From the NCBI GenBank assembly GCA_951406725.2, contig OX597832.1:49972001-50036000 (forward strand): a stretch of 64,000 nt of DNA, read 5' to 3'. The notes under the pieces were generated by a model. It was not told the DNA's origin. It was given only the letters and a program-made list of their open reading frames with translations, and ran no database searches. Positions 50,631 to 64,000 of this stretch are shown here, piece after piece. How positions within the stretch are numbered: position 1 is the first letter of the stretch; each line of letters starts with the position of its first letter. Both the position numbers and the translations under genes were made by a program. The DNA comes from Octopus vulgaris (lineage: Eukaryota).

Positions 50631-52712
50631 ATGCTGTGAAGTGTTTGGCTTTAGGGAGGTCGTCCAGCTGTAGAAACCATGCCAGAGTAGACCCTGGAGC
50701 ATAACGCCATCGGTCCTTGGACCAATCAGATTCTCTCAAACCGTCCAGCCCATGCCAGCATGGGACATCGATATTCAATGATGATAATGCTTCAAGTAAA
50801 ATGATGATCTTTGTTAGCAGGCAAAATAACTGCTACAGATATGTTTGAGCCTTATCAGACCTCATCAGTGAATCATCATCATTCCAGGTTGTATCTGTTT
50901 CCTTCATAAATAATTCTAGAGAGAAATAAATATACTTTTAACATGGAGGTATGTATCCCTATGTAATATGCCTCATGTGGCATAGCCACCTTTATGACTG
51001 GTTGCACTGAAGATGTTTACATTAGATACAGGCATATCATAACTGACCAAAACCGTGTCAATAGATTTGTTAGACAGACACTGAAGGATATCCATTGTGT
51101 GTGTGTGTGTATCATTTTTCCTTTTTTTTTTCATTTTATTTGTTTCAGTCATTTGATTGCAGCCATGCTGGAGCACCACCTTTAGTCTAAGAAATCGACC
51201 CCAAGACTTATTCTTTGTAAGACTAGTACTTATTCTATCGGTCTCTTTTGCCAAACTGCTAAGTCATGGGGATGTAAACACACCAACATCAGTTGTCAGG
51301 CAATGATGGTGGGGGACAAACACACACACATACAACAGGCTTCTTTAAATTTCTGTCTACCAAATCCACTCACAAGGCTTTGGTTGACCCGAGGCTATAG
51401 TAGAAGGCACTTGCCCAAGGTGCCATGCAGTGGGACTGAACCTGGAACCATATGGTTGGGAAGCAAGTTTCTTACCACACAGCCACTCCTGTGAAGGTGC
51501 ATGGCTCAGTGGTTAGAGCATCGGGCTCACAATCATGAGGTAGTGGGCTCGATTCTTGGACTGGGCTGTGTGTTGTGTTCTTGAGCAAGACACTTTACTT
51601 CATGTTGCTCCAGTTCACTCAGCTGTAGAAATGAGTTGTGATGTCATTGGTGCCAAGCCGTATCGGCCTTTGCTTTTCCCTTGGATAACATTGGTGGTGT
51701 GAAGAGGGGACGCTGGCATGCACAGGCAACTGGTGGTCTTCCATAAACAACCTTGCCCAGACTTGTGCCTTAAAAGGTAACTTTCCTGGTGCAATCTCAT
51801 GGTCATTCATGACCAAAAGAAGTCTTTACCCTTATATATACATATATATATATATATATATTTATAAGGCTGGATCTCACAACCTAATGTTCTTAAAATT
51901 TAATTCTACATCTTTATCTGTATATCTACCTTCTCTAAAATGTTACTACTTGATTTAAAAGCTTTTGTATTATTGGAAAACATATTTTTGGCTGAAGAGC
52001 ACTCAACATCTTAAATCTGCTGTGATAATTACAACTTTTAATAAAATATTGTAGTGCGAAACAATTGTACCAAACTACCGGAGTCATTCTTGTTGCTCAT
52101 TTTTGATATATATATATATGTGTGTGTGTGTTTGTGTGAATATTTGTCTAGACATTACATGATAGTTGTAAATGAGTATTATCGCCATACATTTGCAGTT
52201 TTCTATGTAAAACATGTCAGGCCATGGGGAAATATTACTTTACTCGGAAACAAGCAAGCGTTGGCAACGAGAAGGGTATCTGTCTGTAGAAAATCTTCCC
52301 CTGATAAATTCTGTCCAAGCATGGTAGAACTGGACATTAAAATGATACTAGTAATGAGCAATTTGAAATTACAAGAATATATACGAAGTAAAAAAAACAC
52401 GAAGATAGTATATTCTTAAATGACAAAATTAAAATTATCAATAATCATAGTCTCAAGAGGTTTACACTTCATAGAAAACTTGAAAAATTCGACTTTAGGC
52501 ATGTATCTGCATCACAATAAAGAAGTTCAGACATAAGTACATACAAAAAGCATTACATAAAAATATGCTAAATGTTCAGCCATTAAAATTTAACACAAAA
52601 TCTATATTCGGTGCCTGGGTAATGCTGGGTATCTTTGCTTGTGTTTGTGTGTATGGTTAAAGAATATATGTGTATACATATATATATGTGTCTGTGTATG
52701 TATATCTATTTA

Positions 52713-52746
<34 letters not shown>

Positions 52747-53045
52747 AAAAGTTTAGGTATAATGTGTGTATGTATGTATATATGCTTGTAAGCATGTATA
52801 TATGTTTATGCATATGTATGTATATATATATGTATATAAGTATAATGATGAATATGTATGTGTATATATACGCATGCACACATATAGTTACAAATATATG
52901 TGTGTGTGAATGTATATACTATTCAAACTTAGATGTATTGAATGCAACACATTCTGACCCAGTCTAATCTGAGGCATAAATACCTCCAAAGACCTTGACA
53001 AAGAGTTGACAATAAACTTGATATATAAAAAACAGAGTTAAACAA

Positions 53046-53662
53046 TTTATGTTCCTAACACTAGCTGAATGATAACTAAGTTAATTTACTAAATTCTTTG
53101 TTATAGTTAAAGTAATAGAAAAAAACACAGATCATCTCAAAATAAATATAGTAATGAAAGGGTTAAGGCAGTCTTTGTCGCTTACTTTAGTTTGTGGGGA
53201 GTCTTTCCCAAAACATAGTTCTCCAAAGAATAAAAGCTCTGAAATTCTTCCATCTTCTACATAAACTACATGGCCTGCCTTTTCAGTCTGCTACATTGCA
53301 AGAGAGCTTCTATGTTCACAGCATTTAACATCTTCATAACTTTCATGTCACTCATATAGTCTCTTGTAAATAAAGGCAAAATTTGTCAAAGACACTTATG
53401 CCGAAAGTGCCCCAACTAATTCTTAACATGTTTTGAGTTTAACCCTTTCGTTACTGTATTTATTTTGAGATGCTCTGTGTTTCTTTCAGTTACTTTAAAT
53501 ATAACAAAGAATTTAGTAAAATCACTTAGTCATCATTCAGCTAGTGTTAGGAACATAAATGGTGACTAGGGTTTGGTGGAAGATTTTAATTCAAAACTTA
53601 TGGAAACAAGACATTTATACTCAGAGCCAGATCTGGTTTCAGCCAGGTTGGTAACAAAAGGG
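53046..53662. mobile_element. Two piggyBac-type MITE copies in inverted arrangement
   Basis: Partial reverse copy 53046-53162|TTAA and full copy TTAA|53443-53662|TTAA; same family as 25622. Confidence 0.8.
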
Positions 53663-56600
53663 TTAATGTCTAAGTTTTACAGCCAGCCTTCTGGCCAGTT
53701 GGGTCCACTCAAACTGTCCAACCCATGCCAGCATGGAAGGTGGATGTTATATGATGATGACGACCCCACTAGTTTGGAATAATGACCCAGTCAATCTATT
53801 ACAAGAATCCTGCCCCACTGAATGGGATCCATCGTCACAGGGTTGACTTCTTCGCAGTTGCTTAACTCATTTATTGGACAGGACCAATATAAGATGGAGT
53901 GTTTTGCTCAAGAATACAATGCACTGCCTGCCTCAGGAATTGAAACCACAACTCTGAGCACAACTCCCTAAACTACTAAGTCATGCATCTTCACTTTGTA
54001 TGTGTTATTGCAAAATAATGAGGAATATAGTAAAGGATAATTTTGGTGAGTTCTAATTATTATTAAGGTAGCAAGCTAGCAGAAGTGTTAGCATGCTGGG
54101 CAAAATGCTTAGCAGGATTTTGCCTGTCTGCACGATCTAAGTTCAAATTCTGGTGAGGTTGACTTTGCTTTCATCCTTTCAGGGTCGGTAAATTAAGTAC
54201 CAGTTGAGTACTGGAGTTGATGTAATTGACTCGTCCCAATCTCCCCCGAGCTGCCCTTGTGGAAAAAATTTGGAATGATTATTATTATTATTATTATCCT
54301 TTACTCGTTTCAGTCACTTGACTTATTCTTTGTAAGCCCAGTACTTATTCTATCGGTCTCTTTTGCCAAACCGCTAAGTTACGGAGACGTAAACACACCA
54401 GCATCGGTTGTCAAGCAATGCTAGAGGGACAAACACAGACACACAAACATATACACACACATGCATATATATATATATATACATATATACGACAGGCTTC
54501 TTCCAGTTTCCGTCTACCAAATCCACTCACAAGGCATTGGTCGGCCCAGGGCTATAGCAGAAGACACTTGCCCAAGATGCCACGCAGTGGGACTGAACCC
54601 GGAACCATGTGGTTGGTTAGCAAGCTACTTGCCACACAGCCACTCTTGCGCCTATATTATTATTGTTATTATTTTTTTGATTGCTGGGTCTGGAGAAAGT
54701 GAGCATTGCCCATGGCTTTTTGCACGCCTTTAATGCTCTGCTTAAACTGTTTGCAAGTCAGTACCTGAACGAAAGGCATGAGCTGGAAGAAAATTTGGGA
54801 ATGAGGATCTTTGGACGTAGATGTTAGTGTGAAGTCTATCGGGGTTATACGTATCAAGGGTGATGAAACGAAGGAGAGCTTTTAGATTCCTGAATCATTC
54901 GTGTTGTCTTCTTACTCCCCGTTGGTATTTCATATTAACGTCCGTATAAAATATACGTACACGTACGTACATAATTAAAAAACAAACAAAAACGAACACA
55001 AAACCAATATGTTTACAAAAGATACTTGTAGTTTTTGGCAAGCTGACAGAGAATCAGTACTCTAAGATGCACGGGATGAACTTGGAAGATAAAGAAGCGC
55101 TCAAGTAGCCATGAATTTGTAAGGTCAAAGGCTATTAAGTTGATTCTCCGAAGATAGTAGATAAGATCTATCTATTAAGGTGACGCAATAAACACCTGTG
55201 ATTGAAGCTAGCATTACAAGTGTAATTAATAGTTGGTTTGATGTGAATGGGGGAAAGTTAAGAGGACGGATACCTTCACAACGAAAACCAAAATGAACAT
55301 TGAGCCAATCCAGGGAAGTTCTACAATCGTGGAACCAATCTTTTTCACTACGAAGAATATTTTCATTTAAATGAATTTTCCCACACGTAGGCTTTTTTTT
55401 TGGAACGGTCTGGCTTATTCAATAAGTTGATTTTTTATTAACTAACAACAGACTCGTCCACCTAGTGTCATCTCTCTATTGAACAGTACATGTCACTTAG
55501 TAATTACATATTTTACACTGCAGCTTTTTAGGACACGACTCACGGACCTCCAGTACATCCCTGTGTGAGTTCCCAGAAATTCTGCGGACACAATTTTGGT
55601 AACTGCTGCTCTAGACGGTCCTTTGACTTGCTAGAAGCAGCAGCCAAATCTCATTTGAGGTTATCCTCTATTACCTTAAATAAAAGTGGTACTTTCTTAT
55701 CGACAGTCGATTTTATATTTACTAAAAGATTAGTAATAAACCAGTTCACTCACGATACGAGTGTAACAGTTGGTTAGCGAGCTTCCAGAATAGCTATCAC
55801 TAACTATCTCGTGGAGAAAAGTACCAGTAAAAATTTACCGAAAAACGGACACGGAATTGGAAAGCAAAAAATGTAAAAAAAACTTATAATGGTTTGGATA
55901 TAAAGTTTTCGTCACAGAAGGAAACAAACAAACAATCACCCAATTTCTCGCCCCTTTTCCTTGTCGATAATAGGAAAGTACCAAAAGGGTCATAGTGGGT
56001 GGTGTAGTGTTAGATACACTGTCTGAAAATAAAACAAAAAGGAAAAGGTGGAAGGCAGGATGGTCACGAACAAGTGGGAAGTTTTTGATAAAATCTGTTC
56101 GATCAGAGCTGTTCGCCGAAAGACTTAGATACATGAATAAACTATGGTACGACTTGTTTTAACATTTTGCACGAAAGCGTAATTAAGAAAAAAAAATCAA
56201 TGAAAAACCCCAACAACTAAGTGTTAAGAAATGGCATGGTTTTGCTATAGAGCGAATGCTTTGGTATTCAGTGGCTAGCTAATATTGTGGTAACTCAAGG
56301 TCAGTAGTGACTGAATCGTTCTATGGCATGGATATTGTCGACGAAGCCCCGACTCGTAGATTTCTTCCCAGCTAAGGGGCTATGCGGTCCTCCCCTACAT
56401 ACAGTGGTGAAACGTATAGGGGTCAGCGCGACAGTTTGGACATACGACACACATACACACACACGCTCTCTCTCTCGTCTACTTTGTAAGCCTGTAGATT
56501 CTTATTTCTTCACCACTGCTCACAAAGGGCTACACTCAGAGGGGACAAACAAGGACAGACAAACGGATTAAGCCGATTATATCGACCCCGAAAGGATGAA

Positions 56601-57714
56601 AGGCAAAGTCGACTTCGGTAGAATTTGAACTCAGAACGTAAAGACAGACGAAATAGTACTAAGCATTTCGTCCGGTGTGCTAACGTTGGTGGTGACCACA
56701 GCGGAGGTGATCCAAGGCGGACTCGATCAGAACGCAATGGTGACTCTCCTGTCCTGGTGTTCGGGAGCCAGTGAGAAAGAAGCCTTTACGCGATCTCTCG
56801 ACATGCAAGGAATTAAGGCTGCTAAATCATTTTCAAAATACTTGATCCAGCAGAACATCGAGTGTTTGCCAGCTGAGGGTGAGGGACTGCTGCCCTAGTA
56901 CTGAGCTTATGTTTTAAAATTTATTTAGCGACCCCAGTGGGATTTGAACTCATAGCCTTGAAAACCGGAACAATTATTACAGCGCATTGTATTCAGCGCT
57001 CTGACGACTCTACCAAATCGACTGCTCCACCCACATGCATGTGTATACACACACACACACACACACACATCTATGTATGTATATAGTATACACACGCTAG
57101 TATCGCGTGCACGTACATACGAAATTGACACACACGTAGAACCAGAACCTCGTAGAATTACTAACACATGTGCCCAGGCAATTCTCTTTCAAGTCCCATA
57201 CATAAAAATCAGCTGAACATGTTCACAGTTTGAATTTCACGCCACACAAACACACTTAAAACCATCTCCTAACGTTTATAAATAACTTATGATTGTTTGT
57301 TTGTATGTCGATGCCATATTTCACTGTCAAACGAAAATGGAACACACACCCATTAACCGAGTAGATCCTTAACACTGTCATACTGTGTATTATTATTATT
57401 ATTTTAATTCATTTATTAATGCACCTGTAGTTAGTTACGATTAAATTACTAGCGCTATAACAGTTACTTTTGCAAATAGTTAGGAAGAAAGGCAGGCGGG
57501 GCCCCTTGTTACAAACTAGTATGTTAGAAATTAGCTTATTTTTTTAACACACACGCTTTTGAAAAGACCCAATTTTAGCTTTGCTTACAAGGAAGAGAAG
57601 CCATCTAAAGTTCATGAAGAGACGTGCGAACAACACGTATCTCCTCAGACATTTATATTTCTACCATCGTGCATACACGCACCACTCACACATGTACATA
57701 CATATGTCCAACAC

Positions 57715-58160
57715 ATACATACATGCATACATACGTACGTGCATGCGTTTATACATAGATACATACGTACGTACGTACATACATAATACATACGTACGTA
57801 CGTACATACATAATACATACATACGTACGTACATACATAATACATACATACGTACGTACATACATAATACATACGTACGTACGTACATACATACATAATA
57901 CATACGTACATACATACATAATACATACATACGTATGTACGTACATACATAATACATACGTACGTACATACATAATACATACGTACGTACATAATACTTA
58001 CGTACGTACATACATAATACATACGTACATACATAATACATACGTACGTACATACATAATACATACATACGTACGTACATACATAATACATACGTACGTA
58101 CGTACATAATACATACGTACGTACATAATACATACGTACGTACGTACATAATACATACAT
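57715..58160. repeat. (TACG/TACA)n-cataa complex satellite
   Basis: Repeating acatacataatacatacgtacgt units. Confidence 0.9.
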
Positions 58161-58699
58161 GCATATGGCTTCAATAAGTTGGGTAAAAAAAAAATACAAA
58201 ACAAACTTCAATGTATGTAATGTATGTCTTCTGGTTCGAAGATATAAAGCAAATAAAACAAAAATGTATATATTTATGTGTGTGAACGACTGCTTTTTTT
58301 TTGTACAGCAACTCCCTTAGAATTTTGTAGCGGGGTGGCGCGGAGATGAAGGAAAAAAAGGGCTCTCTTTATTTTGGAACAGGCAAAAAAAATCTTCCTC
58401 TTGTTCACTGCAAAGCTAGTCTCTCTTTCTCTTCACACAATCGTGTTTTTGTGAATACAAACACTAACAGACGTGTGTTTGGGTTTTGTGCACACACACA
58501 CACACTCACACACACCAACAGACGGGTGCTGGTGTGTACCGAACGGTTCTGTTTCTCAATGAACTTAACTTTCCAGCATGTTTTATTTTCAGGACGGGAA
58601 GAGTACTCTCTTTCTCTCTCTCTGTCTTTCCCATTCATCCTCATTTGTATGCTTATTTTTATCATAAGTATGTTTATTTTTAACACACTCGCACATACA

Positions 58700-59157
<458 letters not shown>

Positions 59158-59846
59158 GTGCTAGAAATGAGGTGCGCTCCATCTACCTATCTGTATCGAT
59201 CTATTTATCTTTCCTAAATATTTTCATCTCTCTCTCTCGTCGGTCGGGCTTCACGATCGTAGATATACCCATGTGTCCCATCCATAAGCCTGACAGCGAA
59301 CAGTACAAGCATTACTAACAGGACAACCTATGTGAAAATTACCCAACTTGAATGTCTAATGCTTGATCCACTAAACAAATGCGTTGCTTTATAAATAGCG
59401 CGTGCACATACACACACCCAAATATAATATATATATACACACATATATACATACCACACCGATTTGTTTCGGAATGTGTGGATAGCATTAGCTTGTTCTT
59501 CGTTCACTTACCAAACTAGCTTCGTAATGTAGGTAACATACACACATACTATTATATACCAACGCACTATTCTTGTCTGTTAACCTACCAATAGTAGTAG
59601 TGGTAGTAAGTAAATGAATGCTATTGTATATTAATGTAATAGCACACATACACACACACACAAAATGACCAGGCACTATGCCAATTTGTTAGAAAGTCGG
59701 AGGCGGCAGAGTGGACATTATCAATGGACAGCAGTAATTCACACATACTAAAACCTGCCAACGAGGATTGTTCTATGTGTGCGGCTACTGGGCCTGCGAG
59801 AAATAACAACCAAAACCGTCCTCGCAAAAGAATATATTACTCTTTA

Positions 59847-60238
59847 ACTCTTTTACTTGTTTCAGTCATTTGACTGCGGCCATGCTGGAGCACCGCCTTT
59901 AGTCGAGCAAATCGACCCCGGGACTTATTCTTTTTGTAAGCCCAGTACTTATTCTATCGGTCGCTTTTGCCGAACCGCTAAGTGACGGGGACGTAAACAC
60001 ACCAGCATCGGTTGTCAAGCAATGCTAGGGGGACAAACACAGACGCACACACACATATATATATACATATATACGACAGGCTTCTTTCAGTTTCCGTCTA
60101 CCAAATCCACTCACAAGGCATTGGTCGGCCCGGGGCTATAGTAGAAGACACTTGCCCAAGATGCCACGCAGTGGGACTGAACCCGGAACCATGTGGTTGG
60201 TAAGCAAGCTACTTACCACACAGCCACTCCTGCGCCTA
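59847..60238 (-). mobile_element. SINE-A full-length, CpG-intact (young-looking)
   Basis: Retains CpGs such as gccgaaccgc and gacgggg. Confidence 0.9.
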
Positions 60239-60789
60239 TTGTTCTTATATTGTTCTTTCTTTGTATTTTTGAAAGAACGAGAAGAACACATTTAATAATG
60301 CGGTCCAAAAATACACGTTGAAAACGAGAGACGCAATGGTCACACAACTGGGATTCTTTGATCATAGCACTGACCGATCGATCACAGCTGACCCGGGGCT
60401 AAACAACAATATAGTTTAATCCATCACTATTGATTCTCGTGAAGTGGTGGTGATGGGTGTAGCACGAATAATCAATCGAACTATTACAGATCACAGAAAT
60501 CTTCAAGTTTCTTTACAATATTTGCTGCTCGCTGTACCTCATGGTACGGTCTATATACACATAAGTTCATATGTATATAATGTTTGAGCGTGTCTCAAAA
60601 CAAATATAGATATAAATAATAGCGTGTTAATATATTGGGTTAAGATATAAACCCTTTGGACAGAAAAAGTCAAAGGCTGTCTGTGGGACACGAACCCACA
60701 TTTCCTCTAAACTTGACCGAGGTTCTATATTATTGCTTTATTTGCTTCGAGATGCACCGTTCCAAAAAGAAAAAAAGGAAATTATTTCG

Positions 60790-60790
60790 C

Positions 60791-60822
<32 letters not shown>

Positions 60823-60889
60823 ATATATATATATGTGTGTGTGTATATATATATATGTGTGTGTGTATATATATATGTGTGTGTGTGTG

Positions 60890-60931
<42 letters not shown>

Positions 60932-60939
60932 TGTGTGTG

Positions 60940-60970
<31 letters not shown>

Positions 60971-61169
60971 ATATATATATGTGTGTGTATATATATATAT
61001 GTGTGTGTGTGTATATATATATGTGTGTGTATATATATATATGTGTGTGTATATATATATGTGTGTGTGTGTATATATATGTGTGTGTATATATATGTGT
61101 GTGTATGTGTATATATATATGTGTGTGTGTGTATATATATATATGTGTGTGTATATATATATGTGTGTG

Positions 61170-61200
<31 letters not shown>

Positions 61201-61342
61201 ATGTGTGTGTGTGTGTATATATATATGTGTGTGTGTGTATATATATATGTGTGTGTGTATATATATATATGTGTGTGTGTGTATATATATATATACGCGT
61301 GTGTGTGTATATATGTGTATGTATGTATGTATATATATATAT
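60790..61342. repeat. Compound (TG)n/(TA)n microsatellite
   Basis: Direct reading. Confidence 0.95.
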
Positions 61343-62084
61343 AGTGAGACATACACACACTCACGTTAGAAATGTATACTAATTTATAAATGTAGTTTAG
61401 CCCTAGGCCAGCTCTGGTCGGGCAGATCGATGATCGAAGGTGTTCCGGTTATAGCTATTCCGTTATTTTCTATAACTAGTGTCCGTCTTTTCTTTTCTTT
61501 TCGGAAACAGCGGGGTGTTCTGTGAGTAGTATTCGGCTACCACTTTTAGCAAGTCTAATGACCGTGTAAGGGCTCTCTGGATAGTTTGACTATCTGTCTA
61601 TATAAAGTAACTTTTATCCTTATTAGTATAATAATATTATATATTTCTTTACTACCCACAAGGGGCTAGCTAAACACAGAGGGGACAAACAAGGACATTT
61701 CTATTATAGGCACACGGCTTGAAATTTTTGGGGTTGGGGCTACTCGAGTAAATCGACTCGGGGCTCAACTGGTACTTAATTTATCGACCCCGAAAGGACG
61801 AAAGGCAAAGTAGACTACGGCGGAATTTGAACACAGAACACGGATGAAATATTGCTAAGCATTTTGTTCGGCACGGTAACGAATCTCCCAGTTCTCCGCT
61901 TTAGTATTTATATACAATGATGTGTATACAATGATGCCTTTTTGGCCAGAGCTTGCCGTTAATAAGTGAATGGAGTGTATGGCTTTCATGCCTTTTTAAA
62001 GGCCATTAGCAGAGACTGGGTTTGAACCGAAGTCGCTGGCTCGATTCGCTGGGACGTTTTTTTGAGTAACCGCGCGCGCGTGTG

Positions 62085-62116
<32 letters not shown>

Positions 62117-63483
62117 TGGTAGGTAGGTAGGTAGGTAGGTAGAGAGAGAGAGAACTAAATCCACTTCGTAGACTTGCTACTATAAAAATCAACACTCATG
62201 GTAACAATAGCTTTCGGAATCAACTCTGCTTCTTAAAGTGTCCTGTTGCTATCTAAAAGAATCTCTCGAGATATTTCTCTGAAATATCCGATATTTATTT
62301 ATTTATTTATGATTATTGGTCTTTATCTTGTATTTACATAATACCTCTTTACTATTAGGACGGCAGAATTGGTGAGAGCGTCGGACAAAATCTCTTTCAG
62401 TTATTTAGTTAACGACTATTTTACGCTCTGGGTTTGTATCCCATCCTTTCGGGATACCTATTTCTTTATTACCCACAAGGGGCTAAACATAGAGGGGACA
62501 AACAAGGACAGACATAGGTATTAAGGCGATTACATCGACCCCAGTGCGTAACTGGTGCTTAATTTATCGACCCCGAAAGGATGAAAGGTAAAGTCAGTCA
62601 AGTACTACAGTCAAATAGATTGACTCTACTCCTTTCTCCAAAATGTGTAGTCTTCAATATACGTTAACGTTTCTTCGTTTTGTTTGGTTGCTCTCACACG
62701 GTGTAGATCCCCCACAGTTTTTGTGTTTTTTTCTTTATATTTAGCCCTTGTACTCAAACCTACGTGTTGAGTTTTTTATGATGGGCCTCTTTTGATATTT
62801 GTTCCGGCTCTTCACGTTTCAGTCGTTTGGCTGTAGCCATGCTGGAGCACTGCCTTTGGTCGAACAAATCAATCCCAGGACTTATTCTTTGTAAGCCTAG
62901 TACTTATTCCATGGGCCTCTTTTTGCTGAACTGCTAAGTTACAGGGACATAAACCAACATTGGTTGTCAGGTGATGGTTGGGGGCCAAAGACAGACACAC
63001 AAACATATACATATATATACATACATACATACATACATATATATATAATTAAGTTTCAGTTGAACTAGGTACTTCAGTTGAGGCACCAAGTCAGTCTGGT
63101 ATTATCTGCACAGCTCGAAGTAAGGTAAATAAAGTCAAATAAGTAGCAGGATGTCAGGTATTAATGCAGTAAGACCGTTTCAAGTGGCTCCATTTAATTG
63201 AACACTACAAGTATATATATGCAAAACCTAGCTATCTGGAGCCTACACAGGTGTATTTAAGGCACAGATTCAACCATCTCGCTACAGTCAAAAATTGTGA
63301 AGCATGACTGTCACCACCACTACATGAACCTGAAGATTGCATAATTTAATGCATGAAAGTGCTAGTTCAATCAGATTGAACATTTAACATTCTATTATTT
63401 TATTTTATTATATTATATTATATTATATCATTATAAGATTGTAAATAAAACGTGAAAATCTGACAAGGTTGGAATTCCTTTTA

Positions 63484-63521
<38 letters not shown>

Positions 63522-64000
63522 GCTTCTTTCAGTTTCTGTCTACTAAATTCACTCATAAGGCTTTGGTCGGCTTGAGGCTATAGTAGGAGACACTTGTCCA
63601 AGGTGCCGTGCAGTGGGACTGAACCTTGAACCATGTGGTTGGGAAGCAAGCTTCTTACCACAGCTATGCCTGCATACAGACACACATATACACAGACACA
63701 CACATCAATGGACATCGGCATGGCTGTGTGGTAAAAACTCTGCTTTCCAACTATATGGTCTTATTTCCACTGCATGGCACCTTGGACAAGTATCTTTTAC
63801 TACAGCCTCCAGCTGACCAAAGCCTTGTGACTGGATTTCGTAAATGGAAACTGAAGGAAGCCTCCTATATCTATGTGTGTGTGTGTATTTGTCCTCCACC
63901 ACCACTTGACAACTAGTATTGGTGCGTTTACATCCCTGTAACTTAACAGTCTGGCAAGAGAGACTGATAGAATAAGTACCAGGCTTGAAAAAAAAAAGCC

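Noticed and set aside
52590-52640. Possible Helitron 3' hairpin (gcctgggtaatgctgggtat...gcttgt)
   Set aside because: Too degenerate, no intact CTAG terminus and no 5' end identified.

Overview
Eukaryotic, repeat-dominated, AT-rich animal DNA. Its SINE families look like those I recall from Octopus, which is unverified. Two genes sit head-to-head. (1) CWC15 (spliceosome factor) is on the minus strand, with coding exons 4419-4289 and 103-<1 and a candidate non-coding first exon/ETS promoter near 41.8-41.9 kb, implying a ~37 kb first intron. (2) A RYK/Derailed-like WIF-domain receptor first coding exon is on the plus strand at 44428-44548; it is too short for the ORF track, and I found no later exons in the window. 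The rest is intronic or intergenic: at least five SINE families, RTE and CR1-like LINE remnants, mariner/Tc1/pogo remnants, piggyBac-, Tc1- and Merlin-type MITEs, HINE-like elements, Penelope-like fragments with degenerate hammerhead-like cores, and long micro/minisatellites. Almost all ORF-track ORFs are repeat artefacts. I found no wholly new system that I can support. The most notable patterns are stacks of elements nested in the internal (TA)n of one SINE family, a recurrent dimer junction in another SINE, and inverted-SINE hairpins in CWC15 introns.
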